Part shown: in pieces, positions 1 to 9,938 of the stretch
How the letters are laid out: every line of letters begins with the position of its first letter
Numbering within the stretch: the first letter of the stretch is position 1
Assembly (NCBI RefSeq): GCF_003324675.1
Contig: NZ_CP030918.1
Span: 2,340,001 to 2,372,000, forward strand
Direction: 5' to 3'
Origin: Paracoccus suum
GTDB lineage: Bacteria; Pseudomonadota; Alphaproteobacteria; Rhodobacterales; Rhodobacteraceae
DNA: 32,000 nucleotides
Made by a program: the position numbers and the translations under genes
Notes under the pieces: model-generated
What the model was told of the DNA's origin: nothing
The model's database searches: none
The model's input: the letters and a program-made list of their open reading frames with translations, nothing else

Positions 1-715
1 GCGAATCCGCTTAGGCATTCAACAGCCACATCTCGCCGGTCAAGTTCGGACACACGGATGTGCGGAACTACCCGAGATACGACCTCTTATACTTGTATGT
101 GACGCGGCGTTAACTGAACCTCCGGGCGGTCGTCGTAGCGGGCGAGCGCGCTCATCTTCGGATGACAAGGCGCCGATATGATGCTGTTGGCGGCGATTGA
201 TGAGATGAAGGCCGCGGGGGAGGATCCGGCGGTCAATGTCAAGGTATTGCTTGACTCAGACGAGGAGCAGGGCTCGCCCACGCTGGGCGGCGTGATCGAA
301 CGTAACCTCGATCAGTTGAAGGCCGACGCGCTGGTGGTGCTCGACGGCCCGATGCACGAGAGCAACCGGCCGACGCTGGTCTTCGGGAACCGCGGGCTGC
401 AGGCTGCAACCTTGACCGTGTTCGGCGGCACGAGTGAACTGCACAGCGGGCACTATGGCAACTATGCACCCACCCGATCCAGTGCGCATCCGCATGATGG
501 GCGGCACGGTTCCGACCGGCGCGGCGGTCCAGGCGCTGAACGTGCCCTTCGCTATTGTGCCCTTGGTCAACTCGGACAATCGTCAGCACAGCTTTGATGA
601 GAACATGCGAGTAGGAAATTACCTCGACGGCGTGAAGGGGCTGGTCAGCCTGCTGACGCACCGTTCTGAATGCTGCTTGACGCAGCCCAGGCCAGGACAG
701 GATCTTTCGCAATAA
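1..715 (+). pseudogene. M20/M25/M40-family metallopeptidase remnant. It is frameshifted at least twice and internally deleted, and its 5' end runs off the window.
   Basis: Consecutive pieces of one M20 peptidase lie in three frames. The first is ...RSSSDDKAPI, ending at TGA 179-181. The second is MMLLAAIDEMKAAGEDPAVNVKVLLDSDEEQGSP...ELHSGHYGNYAP (178 to about 470). The third is PDPVRIRMMGGTVPTGAAVQALNVPFAIVPLVNSDNRQHSFDENMRVGNYLDGVKGLVSLL, ending at stop 713-715. The lid/dimerisation domain normally found between HSGHYGNxAP and the C-terminal GG(S/T)VP block is absent. Confidence 0.6.
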
Positions 716-1887
716 TCGAAATCCTGTCCTCGCAACCAGATTCTCTGCAGTGCAAGACCTCCTTCTCGCAGGAGGTCTTACCGTCCGGAGTGTCCTCCAC
801 ACCCAGCCTGACGCGCAGGATCGCTGCGAGGCTGCCCTGCAGTTCGATCCGCGGCGGCATCAGGTCGTCGCCTGTCGGCTCGGCGGATCGTGAGGGGGTC
901 GATAAACCCGCTACCGCCTCCGGAACCTCGCACGCATAACGCCGCCCCATATGACGGCGTTTACCGATCAGGGTGGTCCGCCAGAACTCGCCAACCTGAC
1001 CAGTTCGGGCCAACCCAACACGATTCGAGGGCACTCGCTCCGGGGATCAAGACCATCTACGTGCGCGATCAAGTCGACAAGGAACGACGTGTAGATTTTG
1101 ACGATCGTGACCCCACTAGATCCCCTTCTTGCTCTGCCGTCAGCGGATAGGCCGACATGGCGACAAAAACGGCCATCAAACGCAGCGGCGCGATTAACTG
1201 CTTCGAGCCCTCAGCGCACATTGGTTCATCGAAACCTATATACTCTCGTGCCGAAACTCTGGTGGCGCCCGCTCGGCAGGAAATGCCTTTTAAGAGCCGA
1301 GATTACTTTGGTCGGATGCTGTCGCCCTCCTAGTTCCCGATCCGCAACTGCAAAGGGCTGGCTTTCCGACTGCTCCGAATGTCTGAACGACGGAAGTATC
1401 AACGCGTCCGGGGTTGCCGCCATCCTAGGTAACAGCCGCACCGCGCCGATGGCGGGTTCGGGGTGGTGCGCGCTAGGGGCGCGAAGGGACGTCGGTGTTG
1501 TCCACTTGCGAACTCCGTGTTGTTTCTGGCCAGCGATCAAGCTTCACTGACTACTGGTCAAACTCTATACGTGGAGGGCGGCGCGACTTTTAACTAAGGT
1601 TGCATTCCCGTAGGCTTTGCCCGATCGCGTAAAGCTTTTGGAGTTGGAGCGCCCGAGTGGGCGGATCGGTCCCTAGCGCTCGCTCCTCGAGCAGATCGGT
1701 GCTTGCTGGACTACCGCGCCGCGCTCCACTCGGTCTGCGTTTCGGCTAGTGTCAGGGCTCACCGAAGGAGAGTTCCGTCCCTAACAGGCCCGTTCACGCT
1801 CGCCTCACGGGAACAACTGTCAATTTCGGTCAGGACAGGTCACTTCAAGATTCCGTTCGAGCGCACGGGAGTTGCGCGCAGTTGGTC

Positions 1888-2454
1888 TTACGACGAGGAC
1901 TGCGTGTCCGGGGGTCCGGCGGACGAAAGGGTCTCGATCAGCGTGGCGGCGCGTGTGTTCGACCGGCGGACGAACAATACGATATCCAGTGGAATACGGC
2001 CGTAATCAGCGGACAGCGTGACTGCCCTGCCAGTCGCGAGATCGGCCTGAGCGATCGAGTGGGGCGTCCAGCCTGCCCCGACACCCGCAGCAACCAGCCG
2101 GGACATCCCGACGGAAAATGCCGACTCGACCGCCGTCGGGCCCTCTAATCGGGCCACCGCGCGGCGTTCGTGGCTGGCGATGATCCGTCCCATGTAGCTG
2201 TCGGACGGGTAGCGGATGGTCGGGCAGCCAGGAGGCAGCAGCCCGGCCTTTGAGCGCCGCTCGCGCAGCGCGCCGCCCACGACGGGCACAAGCGCGTCGC
2301 GTCGCCACAGATACCGCATGATGCTGTCGTCGAACGGGGTGCCCTGAGCATCGCCGAGGCGGAATATGCCGTCGCCCAGGCTCGCCATGCCCAGATCAAG
2401 GCGCGGGCCTTTGGCCCGGATGGCGAACTGCGCCATCCTGTCTTGCTCGAACAA
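1888..2454 (-). pseudogene. LysR-family regulator fragment. Only the substrate-binding domain remains; the N-terminal HTH is missing.
   Basis: The 188-aa ORF reads ...RLDLGMASLGDG...GMSRLVAAGVGAGWTPHSIAQADLATGRAVTL...PLDIVLFVRR, which is typical of a LysR C-terminal effector domain. An in-frame TGA lies immediately upstream and no winged-helix N-terminus is present. The nominal start is a TTG. Confidence 0.5.
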
Positions 2455-2485
2455 TCACTGAAACGCCTGAAAGGCACCGAGCATT

Positions 2486-2686
2486 ATGCAACCGAGCCCA
2501 ACGTCACTGGAGCAGATGCGCGCGCATTTCGAGCTGCTCGACGCCGGCATCAGCTCCGGGCGCGCCGAGCTGATCCGGCTGCACCGGGCCGGGCTGATCG
2601 AGGATGAAACGCTGCACAACCTGGAACGCGATCTGGACATCGAAGAGGTGACGATTCGGTTCCAGCTTGATGACCTGTCGGACTGA
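2486..2686 (+). pseudogene. C-terminal tail fragment of a CPA1-type Na+/H+ antiporter
   Basis: The 66-aa ORF ...GRAELIRLHRAGLIEDETLHNLERDLDIEEV... resembles the cytoplasmic C-terminal coiled tail of bacterial Na+/H+ exchangers. No transmembrane part lies upstream. It abuts the truncated LysR fragment. Confidence 0.4.
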
Positions 2687-2762
2687 TCGCGGGTTTATTT
2701 GGAGGCGGTAGGTGAGATCATCTGTCGCGAAAGGAGGGGAGCTAGCCCCCGGCTCCGTCAGA

Positions 2763-3326
2763 TTATTCTGCCTTTGCACCCGCGGATGAACTTCCCCCTG
2801 TGATCCACCGCGATTGTGACTCCGCCTCAGTCCCATCTGCCTGATCGAAAACGCTGCCGTCCATCGCCGTACTGTCGATAAGGCCGGGGCTCTCCACGAC
2901 CAGCTCCAAAAGACTCATCAGCGTACGCGTTTGCTCACCCGTCAATCCGCCAAACAGCTCCTTCTGTCGCTCCAGCGAAGCGCTGATCAACGGCTTCAAG
3001 GTAGCTTCGCCCTCGGGACTGATGAACAGCAGCTTCTCGCGCGCGTCCTCACCCGAGGCCTCGCGCGTGATCAGACCGCGCTCCTCAAGCGTCGCCAGAG
3101 CGCGGCTGATCGTGTTCTGCGGGCGCGGAAAGAGAAACGCGATCTCCTTGGCGCGGATGCCGGGAAACTGCGAGATGGCGTAAAGCGCCGACCAGGCCTG
3201 CACCGGCAGGTCGAACTGCCGCCGCGTGAAGCGGTCCGTGACGAGGTTGTTTCCCAGCACGACATGGCTGAGCAGCATCAGCGGACCGAGCTCGCCCGAG
3301 AACAGCGTTTTTCGTCTGTGGTCCAT
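2763..3326 (-). CDS. MarR-family transcriptional regulator
   Basis: The internal start MDHRRKTLF... (ATG at 3326) gives 187 aa. The winged-HTH block reads LPVQAWSALYAISQFPGIRAKEIAFLFPRPQNTISRALATLEERGLITRE..DAREKLLFISPEG. The gene is divergent from hyuA. The 273-aa ORF-track version adds a Pro/Ser-rich N-terminal extension that overlaps hyuA and is unlikely to be real. Confidence 0.85.
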   Translation of the reverse strand: MDHRRKTLFSGELGPLMLLSHVVLGNNLVTDRFTRRQFDLPVQAWSALYAISQFPGIRAKEIAFLFPRPQNTISRALATLEERGLITREASGEDAREKLLFISPEGEATLKPLISASLERQKELFGGLTGEQTRTLMSLLELVVESPGLIDSTAMDGSVFDQADGTEAESQSRWITGGSSSAGAKAE

Positions 3327-3395
3327 AGCCGCGCATCCCTTCTGACCGGCCTCTTTTAGAATCCACGGCGGGGGGCCGCCATGCTTGCAAGATAA

Positions 3396-3424
3396 ATCCA
3401 TTTGGATCAAACTTCGATTCGAAG
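3396..3424. promoter_or_regulatory. Two short palindromes in the marR/hyuA divergent intergenic region (candidate MarR operators)
   Basis: ATCCA-TT-TGGAT lies at 3396-3407 and CTTCGA-T-TCGAAG at 3412-3424. Both sit directly upstream of the hyuA Shine-Dalgarno sequence GGGAGGAG. Confidence 0.3.
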
Positions 3425-3441
3425 AGGGAGGAGATTGCGGA

Positions 3442-5514
3442 ATGCTGGCACTTGGGGTGGATGTTGGCGGGACCTTCACGGACCTTCTGCTAGCGGATCT
3501 GGGCAGCGAGCGCGTGACGATCCACAAGACGCCGTCCACGCCGTCCAATCCGGCGCTGGGGGTGGTTGAAGGGATCACCGGCATCTGTGCCCTAGCGGGT
3601 GTGAAGCCGGCCGAGATCGAGATGCTATTTCACGGCACGACGGTCGGCACCAACGCCATGCTGACCCATAGCGGTGCGGTGACCGGCATGATCACCAACG
3701 CCGGCTTTCGCGATATTCTGCATATAGGCCGCCACCAGCGACCGCAGCATTACTCGATCATCCAGGATTTGCCGTGGCAGAGCCGCCCGATGATCCGCCG
3801 CAGGCACCGGCTGACGGTGAACGGGCGGCTCGACGCCTCCGGGCAGGAGTTGGAGCCGCTTGACGAGGTTGCGGTGGCCGAGGCGGCGCGCAAGCTTGGC
3901 GAGGCCGGCGTCGAGGCGGTTCTCGTCGGGTTTCTGTTCTCCTACGTCAACCCCGCCCATGAGCGGCGCGCGGCGGAAATCGTCCGCGGCGTGCTGCCGG
4001 ACGTTTTCGTGACCACCTCGTCAGAGGTCGCGCCGCAATTCCGCGAGTTCGAGCGGTTTACCACGGCCGCCATGTCGGCGTTCATCGGACCCAAGGTCCG
4101 CCGCTACATTGCGGAACTCGAAGACCGGATGCGCGGCTTGGGCATCACGGCCGAGCTTCACGTGATGACCTCCAGCGGCGGGTTGGCGACGCCCACGATG
4201 ATCGCGGAAAAACCCGCGGCGACGCTGCTGTCGGGTCTGGTAGCTGGCGTTCGCGCCGGCGCCTGGATCGGGCGGCACTCGGGAACCGACCGGCTCATCA
4301 CGCTCGATATCGGCGGGACGAGCGCCGACATCGGCATCATCCAGGACGGCCGCCTGGCCGAGGCGGACGCGCGCAGCGCAAGCATCGCCGGCTTTCCGGT
4401 GATGCTGCCGATGATTGACATTCACACCATCGGTGCAGGCGGAGGCTCGATCGCCCACATCGACGCCGGCGGAGCGTTCCGTGTAGGGCCGCAGAGCGCG
4501 GGCGCGGACCCCGGGCCCGCAGCTTACGGCCGTGGGGGCACCTGTCCTACGGTGACGGACGCCAACGTCGTGCTGGGACGGTTGGTGCCCGAGCGCTTCC
4601 TCGGTGGCCGCATGGCGCTGGACCGCGCCGCGTCAGAGGCGGTGATCGCCACCCTTGCCGCGGAACTCGGGCGCGGGCCAGAGGAAACGGCAGAAGGGGC
4701 GCTGACCGTGCTGAACAGCAACATGGCCAACGCCATCCGTTCGCGCACCGTGCAGAAGGGCATCGATCCGCGGGATTTTACGCTCGCCGGGTTCGGCGGA
4801 GCCGGGCCGCTTCATGCTGCCGAAGTGGCGGGAATGCTGGGAATCCGCAGCGTGCTGATCCCGCGACATCCGGGAATCACTTCCGCGACGGGCCTGCTCA
4901 CCGCGGATCTGGAATATCACGTCCTGCGCACCGCCTTTGCGGTCAAAGGCGCGATCGACGTGGATCGCCTGAATGGCCTCTTCGATGACATGGAGGCGGA
5001 ACTGGCCAACCTTTTCGAGGGGGACGGCGTGCAGCCCGCCCGTCGAAAGCTGCTGCGCGAGGGCGATCTGCGCTACGTTGGGCAGGGCTACGAGCTGAAG
5101 ATCGACCTGCCGGCCGGACTGTTGGACGAGGCTGCACTGGAGGGAGTATGGCAGGCGTTCCATGACCGCCACCGCGCCGAGTACGGGCACGCCTTCACCG
5201 ATAGTCCGATCGAGATTGTCACGGTCAAGGCGCGGGGCATCGGCGAGGTCGAAAAGCTTGATCGACCTCCGCGGCCGCCCGAGCGTGCCGCGCCGCGGCC
5301 GGTAGGTCGTGGTCGATGCGTGTTCCGGGTCAATGACGTCCTCGGCGAATACGACATCCCCCATTATGAACGCGAGGAGTTGGGGGTCGATCAACCCCTT
5401 GAGGGGCCTGCGATCGTGCTGCAGATCGATACCACCACGGTCGTGCCGCCCGGCTGGAGTTTCGTACAGGACGCCGCCGGAAACCTCATGTTGACCCTGA
5501 TCGATGCAGCCTGA
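3442..5514 (+). CDS. hyuA: Hydantoinase/oxoprolinase family, A (ATP-binding) subunit
   Basis: The start MLALGVDVGGTFTDLLL (ATG 3442) lies 7 nt after GGGAGGAG. It carries the hydantoinase_A blocks GVDVGGTFTD and LDIGGTSADIGII and has a length of about 690 aa. Confidence 0.9.
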   Translation: MLALGVDVGGTFTDLLLADLGSERVTIHKTPSTPSNPALGVVEGITGICALAGVKPAEIEMLFHGTTVGTNAMLTHSGAVTGMITNAGFRDILHIGRHQRPQHYSIIQDLPWQSRPMIRRRHRLTVNGRLDASGQELEPLDEVAVAEAARKLGEAGVEAVLVGFLFSYVNPAHERRAAEIVRGVLPDVFVTTSSEVAPQFREFERFTTAAMSAFIGPKVRRYIAELEDRMRGLGITAELHVMTSSGGLATPTMIAEKPAATLLSGLVAGVRAGAWIGRHSGTDRLITLDIGGTSADIGIIQDGRLAEADARSASIAGFPVMLPMIDIHTIGAGGGSIAHIDAGGAFRVGPQSAGADPGPAAYGRGGTCPTVTDANVVLGRLVPERFLGGRMALDRAASEAVIATLAAELGRGPEETAEGALTVLNSNMANAIRSRTVQKGIDPRDFTLAGFGGAGPLHAAEVAGMLGIRSVLIPRHPGITSATGLLTADLEYHVLRTAFAVKGAIDVDRLNGLFDDMEAELANLFEGDGVQPARRKLLREGDLRYVGQGYELKIDLPAGLLDEAALEGVWQAFHDRHRAEYGHAFTDSPIEIVTVKARGIGEVEKLDRPPRPPERAAPRPVGRGRCVFRVNDVLGEYDIPHYEREELGVDQPLEGPAIVLQIDTTTVVPPGWSFVQDAAGNLMLTLIDAA

Positions 5515-5524
5515 GGAGGATGCG

Positions 5525-7285
5525 ATGACGTCACCAATCGACCCCTTCCTTGCCGCTGTCATCCACGGCGCGCTGGAGAGCATCGCCATTGAGATGGGCC
5601 ACAAGCTGATGCGGATGAGCTATTCCAGCATCATCCGCGAGAGCGAGGATTTCGGCGCGGCGCTGACCGACGCGCAGGGCAGGCAGCTGTGCGAATGCAC
5701 CATGAGTACGCCGCTGCAGTCCGGTCCAATTCCGGGATATATCACCGGCATCCTACGCGAGTTGGAAGCGCGGGGCGATCACGTGCAGCCGGGCGATGTC
5801 TTCATGCACAACGACCCCTATGGCGGCGCCTCGCACGGCCCGGACGTGGGGTTTGCCGTGCCGGTTTTCCACCATGGCGCGCTGGTCGGTTTTTCGGTGA
5901 CGACCGCGCACCATCTCGAAATTGGGGCCCTGACCCCCGGCAGTTGCGGTATCGTCGACGCGGTCGACACCTATGCCGAGGGGCTGCAGTTCAAGGCAAT
6001 CCGGGTTTACGACGCCGGCCGCCGGGTCGAGCCCGTGTGGCAGATCTTGCGCGCGAATATCCGCATTCCCGACCTCGTGGTCGGCGACATGGAGGCGCAA
6101 GTCGCGGCGGCCCGTATCGGGGCAGAGCGCTATGGCGAATTGCTGGATAAATACGGCCTGGAGGCGGTGACCGCGGCCTATGAGAATCTGCTCGATTATT
6201 CCGAGCGGCTGATGCGGGCGGCGATCGAGCGCCTTCCGGACGGCAGCTACAATGCCCGCACTTTCATCGACGGGTACATTGACAGCGACGATCCGGCGCT
6301 GCGCGACCTACCCATCGAAGTGACCCTGACCGTCAAGGGCTCGGATCTGCATGTTGATCTGACAGGCACGGCGCCGCAGACTTCCAACCGACCGATCAAC
6401 ATGCCCTTCGTCGGCACCGTGGATTGCGCGGTCTGGCTTACGCTCCGCTCGATCCTGCTGGACAGCGAAATCTACGGGAACATTCCGCAAAACAGCGGTT
6501 TGACGCGGCCCATCACGATTCATGCCCCCAAGGGCTGTCTGGCCAATCCGATCTTTCCGGCCCCTGTAATTGCGCGTTTCTGTCCTGGAAATGCCCTGGC
6601 CGACACGATCATGAAGGCGATCGCGCCGGCGGTTCCTGAGCAGGTCAGCGCGGGGATCGGTAATTTGCGCGTCATGGCTTTCTCCGGCGCGTCTCAGGGC
6701 GCCCCGTGGGTGCACATGGAGATCATGGAGGGCTCGTACGGTGGCCGCGCCGGGAAGGACGGCATGGACGCGGTCGACACCCTCTACGCCAACACCCGCA
6801 ACAACCCGGTCGAGGATATCGAGTCGCACCTACCCCTGCGGGTGCGGACCTATGAGCTGCGCGAGCGTGTGGCCGGACCGGGTAAATGGCGGGGCGGTAT
6901 CGGCTCGGTCCGCTCCTTCGAGATGTTGGAGGACGGGGCCGTTTCTATCGAAGGCGACGGGCAGCGGTTCGCGCCCTGGGGCTTTGCGGGAGGGGCAGAC
7001 GGCGCCCCGGCACGGATCGAGCTCGCCCGCGGCGGCAATCTTGCCCCCGAGGCTTTGCCGTCCAAGATTCCCTACCGCCACCTGTCACGCGGGGATCGCC
7101 TCACGGCGGTCGGTCCGTGCGGCGGCGGTTACGGCAATCCGCACGAACGTGATCCGCAAGCCGTTCTCGACGACCTTCTGGACGGCTTGATCACCGCGGA
7201 TGATGCCCGCGCGCAGTACGGGGTCGCCATCGTGGATGGCGCGATCGACAACGCCGAAACGAAGCTTTTGCGCCGACCCGCTTGA
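5525..7285 (+). CDS. hyuB: Hydantoinase/oxoprolinase family, B subunit
   Basis: The start is MTSPIDPFLAAVIHGAL (ATG 5525, after GAGGAGGA). It carries the hydantoinase_B blocks FMHNDPYGGASHGPDV and GDMEAQVAA, is about 586 aa long, and begins 10 nt after the hyuA stop. Confidence 0.9.
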   Translation: MTSPIDPFLAAVIHGALESIAIEMGHKLMRMSYSSIIRESEDFGAALTDAQGRQLCECTMSTPLQSGPIPGYITGILRELEARGDHVQPGDVFMHNDPYGGASHGPDVGFAVPVFHHGALVGFSVTTAHHLEIGALTPGSCGIVDAVDTYAEGLQFKAIRVYDAGRRVEPVWQILRANIRIPDLVVGDMEAQVAAARIGAERYGELLDKYGLEAVTAAYENLLDYSERLMRAAIERLPDGSYNARTFIDGYIDSDDPALRDLPIEVTLTVKGSDLHVDLTGTAPQTSNRPINMPFVGTVDCAVWLTLRSILLDSEIYGNIPQNSGLTRPITIHAPKGCLANPIFPAPVIARFCPGNALADTIMKAIAPAVPEQVSAGIGNLRVMAFSGASQGAPWVHMEIMEGSYGGRAGKDGMDAVDTLYANTRNNPVEDIESHLPLRVRTYELRERVAGPGKWRGGIGSVRSFEMLEDGAVSIEGDGQRFAPWGFAGGADGAPARIELARGGNLAPEALPSKIPYRHLSRGDRLTAVGPCGGGYGNPHERDPQAVLDDLLDGLITADDARAQYGVAIVDGAIDNAETKLLRRPA

Positions 7286-7314
7286 CCAACAGCAGCCCGA
7301 GGAGATGCGAAGAG

Positions 7315-8418
7315 ATGAACGTCCACAATTCCGCGCCCATTATCGCCGTAGCCGTGCTGCTGGCCGCGGGGCTGCCGGCCCACGCCCGGGACGGTGTGGA
7401 AGCCGCGAAGGCCGAGATCGCGGCGTATTCGGGTCAACCCGAATTCACGGCGCCAGGTGAGCCGTTCGACGCCCGCGCCTGCATGAAGGGCAAGAAGATC
7501 CTGACGATCCCGGCCTCCAGTGCGATTCCTTTCATCAAGACTATCGCTGACGGCAAGGACGCGTTGGCCAAGACCCTCGGCTTCGAGCATCGCCAGTGGG
7601 AGAATCAGGGCAGCCCGACCCAGTATATCCAAGGCATGGAATACGGGGCTAATAACGGCTTCAACCTGATCAGCCTGCTGGCCGGCGCGGACCCCCGCTT
7701 CTTTCAGCCGCAAGTGATCGGCGCCCAAGGGAAGGGCGTTAAGGTCGTTGCATCGCATCTGACGGGTCTCGAGCAGGAGCCGCCGGCCGGTGTCGATTCC
7801 GCGACGGCCATCGACTACCGCAAGGCGGGTGAACTGATGGCCGACTGGACCATCGCCAAGACCGGCGGAAAGGTGAACGCGCTGGTCCTGACCTCCAACG
7901 AGGCGTTATCCACAGACAGTATCGTGGATGGCCTTAAGTCCGCATTTGCGGCGAACTGCCCGGATTGCGCCTTTGAGCTGGCGAACGTTCCGATCGTCGA
8001 CTGGGCGACTAAGGTCCAGCCGCTGGTGCAGGGCAAGCTGCAGACCAACGCGAACCTGAACTACATCATCCCGATCTATGACAGCATGTCGCAATTCGTG
8101 GTCCCGGCGATCCAGATCGCGGGCAAGACGGCTCAGGTGAAAGTCGCCACCTTCAACGGGACGCCCTTTGTGCTGGACATGATCCGCGACGGCAGCGTCG
8201 AGATGGATATCGGCGAAAACCTAGACTGGATCTCGCATGCCATGTTGGACGCGGAAATGCGGCTGCTGTGCGACCTTCCCGCAGTTCGCGATTCCAAGGT
8301 CCCGCTGAAGGTATTCGATGCCGAGCATATGGACGGGGTCAGCAAGCCGGCGAAAGCGTCCGAGGGCTACGGCGACGCCTATGTGGCGGGCTACAAGTCC
8401 CTGTGGAAGCTGGAATAG
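7315..8418 (+). CDS. Periplasmic substrate-binding protein of a CUT2 (ribose/sugar-type, PBP1-fold) ABC importer
   Basis: The signal peptide is MNVHNSAPIIAVAVLLAAGLPAHA. The overall pattern matches a LacI/ribose-type binding domain (KKILTIPASS..., KVVASHL, ATFNGTP). The ABC ATPase follows immediately. Confidence 0.8.
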   Translation: MNVHNSAPIIAVAVLLAAGLPAHARDGVEAAKAEIAAYSGQPEFTAPGEPFDARACMKGKKILTIPASSAIPFIKTIADGKDALAKTLGFEHRQWENQGSPTQYIQGMEYGANNGFNLISLLAGADPRFFQPQVIGAQGKGVKVVASHLTGLEQEPPAGVDSATAIDYRKAGELMADWTIAKTGGKVNALVLTSNEALSTDSIVDGLKSAFAANCPDCAFELANVPIVDWATKVQPLVQGKLQTNANLNYIIPIYDSMSQFVVPAIQIAGKTAQVKVATFNGTPFVLDMIRDGSVEMDIGENLDWISHAMLDAEMRLLCDLPAVRDSKVPLKVFDAEHMDGVSKPAKASEGYGDAYVAGYKSLWKLE

Positions 8419-9938
8419 TGGAGGCTGCGCCGCGGCTGGCCATCTCGGGGCTGACGAAGTCATTTGGCGGCGTCCATGCCCTGCGCGATGTCGACCTGAC
8501 AGTCGCATCGGGGGAAATCCATGGCCTGCTCGGGACCAACGGGTCCGGCAAATCCACACTGATCAAGGTCCTGGCAGGGGTGCATGCCCCAGACGCCGGT
8601 CGGCTCGAGGTTGATGGCCGGCAGGTTTCCTTGCCGCTGGCCCCCGGCGAGGGCGAGAGGCACGGGCTTGCCTTTGTCCACCAGAACCTGGCCCTTTTGC
8701 CTGAGGCGACGGTAATCGAGAACCTGATCGCAGGTGACCGTCGCCATCTTGGCCGCTGGCATATTGACTGGGCGGCGCAAACCCGCCGGGCTCGCGCCCT
8801 GTTCGAAAAGCACGGCCTGCGACTGGATCCGCGCACGCCGGTCGAAGACCTGACGCAGGTGCAGCGGGCGGAGTTTGCCATTGTCCGCGCCGCCGACCGG
8901 CTTGCTGATACGGGCGGGGTGCTTGTCCTCGACGAGCCGACCCCGTTCCTACCGCTCGACGATGTGCGCGAGCTTTTCGGCCTCATGCGCAGACTGGCGG
9001 GACAGGGGGTCAGCATCGTCTTTGTGTCGCATGACATCGACGAGATCTTGGAGATCACCGAGCGTGCAACGATCCTGCGTGACGGGTGCGTGGTATCGAC
9101 CTTCGTGACACGGAACACGCCGCGAGACGCTATCGTGCGCGCTATCGTTGGCAGCGACGTTGCTGGGGGCCGCGTAATTCCCGCGCCGGTCGACACGGCG
9201 CCGGTTCGGGTGCGCGTCGAAGATTTGACGAGCGCGACCCTGTCGCCACTGTCCTTCGAGGTGCGGGCCGGCGAGGTCCTCGGGCTGACCGGCCTTTTGG
9301 GTTCCGGCTATGACGAGGTGCCATATCTGCTCGCCGGGGCGCGATCCGCGGCTGGCGGCCAACTGACCGTGGATGGGCAAACCGTGGCTGTCGCCTCGGT
9401 CACGCCTGCCCGCGCAAAACGGGATGGCATCGTTCTCATTCCCGGGGATCGGCAAAAAGCCGGCCTCGCGCTCGACATCAGCCTCGCCGAAAATGCGATG
9501 CTGCCGCTTTTGGGGAAAAGCCGCACCATCCATCCCGACGCACGCAACAAGGCGACTCGCGTCCTGATGGACCGGTTCGGCGTGAAGGCGCGTCATCCCG
9601 CGCAGGCGGCGGGCGAGCTTTCCGGCGGCAACCAGCAAAAGCTGGTTCTGGGCAAGTGGTTCCAGCTTGGCCCGAGGCTGGTGCTGCTGGACGAACCGAC
9701 CCAGGGTATCGATGTCGGTGCCCGTCGCGAGATTTTCGAGCGGATCGCCGAACTCTGCGCATCGGGAACGGCGGTGATCTGCGCCACGTCGGAGTTCGAC
9801 CAGCTGGAAGCCATTGCCCATCGAGTGCTGGTCTTCGACCGCGGCCGCATCAAGACACAATTGAAGGGCGATCATGTCGCGAAACAGCACATTGCCGAGG
9901 CTTGTTATCAAGAGGACCGGGTCCATGACGCGATCTGA
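8418..9938 (+). CDS. Sugar-type ABC transporter ATP-binding protein with two fused ATPase domains
   Basis: The GTG start at 8418 overlaps the last base of the binding-protein stop (TAGTG) and gives VEAAPRLAISGLTKSFGG. It has Walker A GTNGSGKST, a second-domain signature LSGGNQQK and Walker B LVLLDEPT. At about 506 aa it has the typical CUT2 RbsA-like architecture. Confidence 0.85.
   Translation: MEAAPRLAISGLTKSFGGVHALRDVDLTVASGEIHGLLGTNGSGKSTLIKVLAGVHAPDAGRLEVDGRQVSLPLAPGEGERHGLAFVHQNLALLPEATVIENLIAGDRRHLGRWHIDWAAQTRRARALFEKHGLRLDPRTPVEDLTQVQRAEFAIVRAADRLADTGGVLVLDEPTPFLPLDDVRELFGLMRRLAGQGVSIVFVSHDIDEILEITERATILRDGCVVSTFVTRNTPRDAIVRAIVGSDVAGGRVIPAPVDTAPVRVRVEDLTSATLSPLSFEVRAGEVLGLTGLLGSGYDEVPYLLAGARSAAGGQLTVDGQTVAVASVTPARAKRDGIVLIPGDRQKAGLALDISLAENAMLPLLGKSRTIHPDARNKATRVLMDRFGVKARHPAQAAGELSGGNQQKLVLGKWFQLGPRLVLLDEPTQGIDVGARREIFERIAELCASGTAVICATSEFDQLEAIAHRVLVFDRGRIKTQLKGDHVAKQHIAEACYQEDRVHDAI

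Noticed and set aside
645-1034. A 129-aa minus-strand ORF (…ELQGSLAAILRVRLGVEDTPDGK…) considered as a possible transposase or integrase fragment.
   Set aside because: I cannot match it to any IS or integrase family from memory, and no inverted repeats or DDE/tyrosine-recombinase motifs are visible. It is left as part of the decayed non-coding stretch.
2763-3584. The long N-terminal extensions in the ORF track for marR (273 aa), hyuA (from 3385), the ATPase (from 8268), the amidohydrolase (from 10698), PDO1 (to 24196), SQR (to 27777), bfr-like (to 28399), PDO2 (to 29348), crp (to 31225) and the response regulator (from 20440).
   Set aside because: Each extension overlaps the neighbouring gene or is Pro/Arg/Ser-rich. 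In every case an internal ATG or GTG with a good Shine-Dalgarno sequence coincides with the point where the recognisable family sequence begins.
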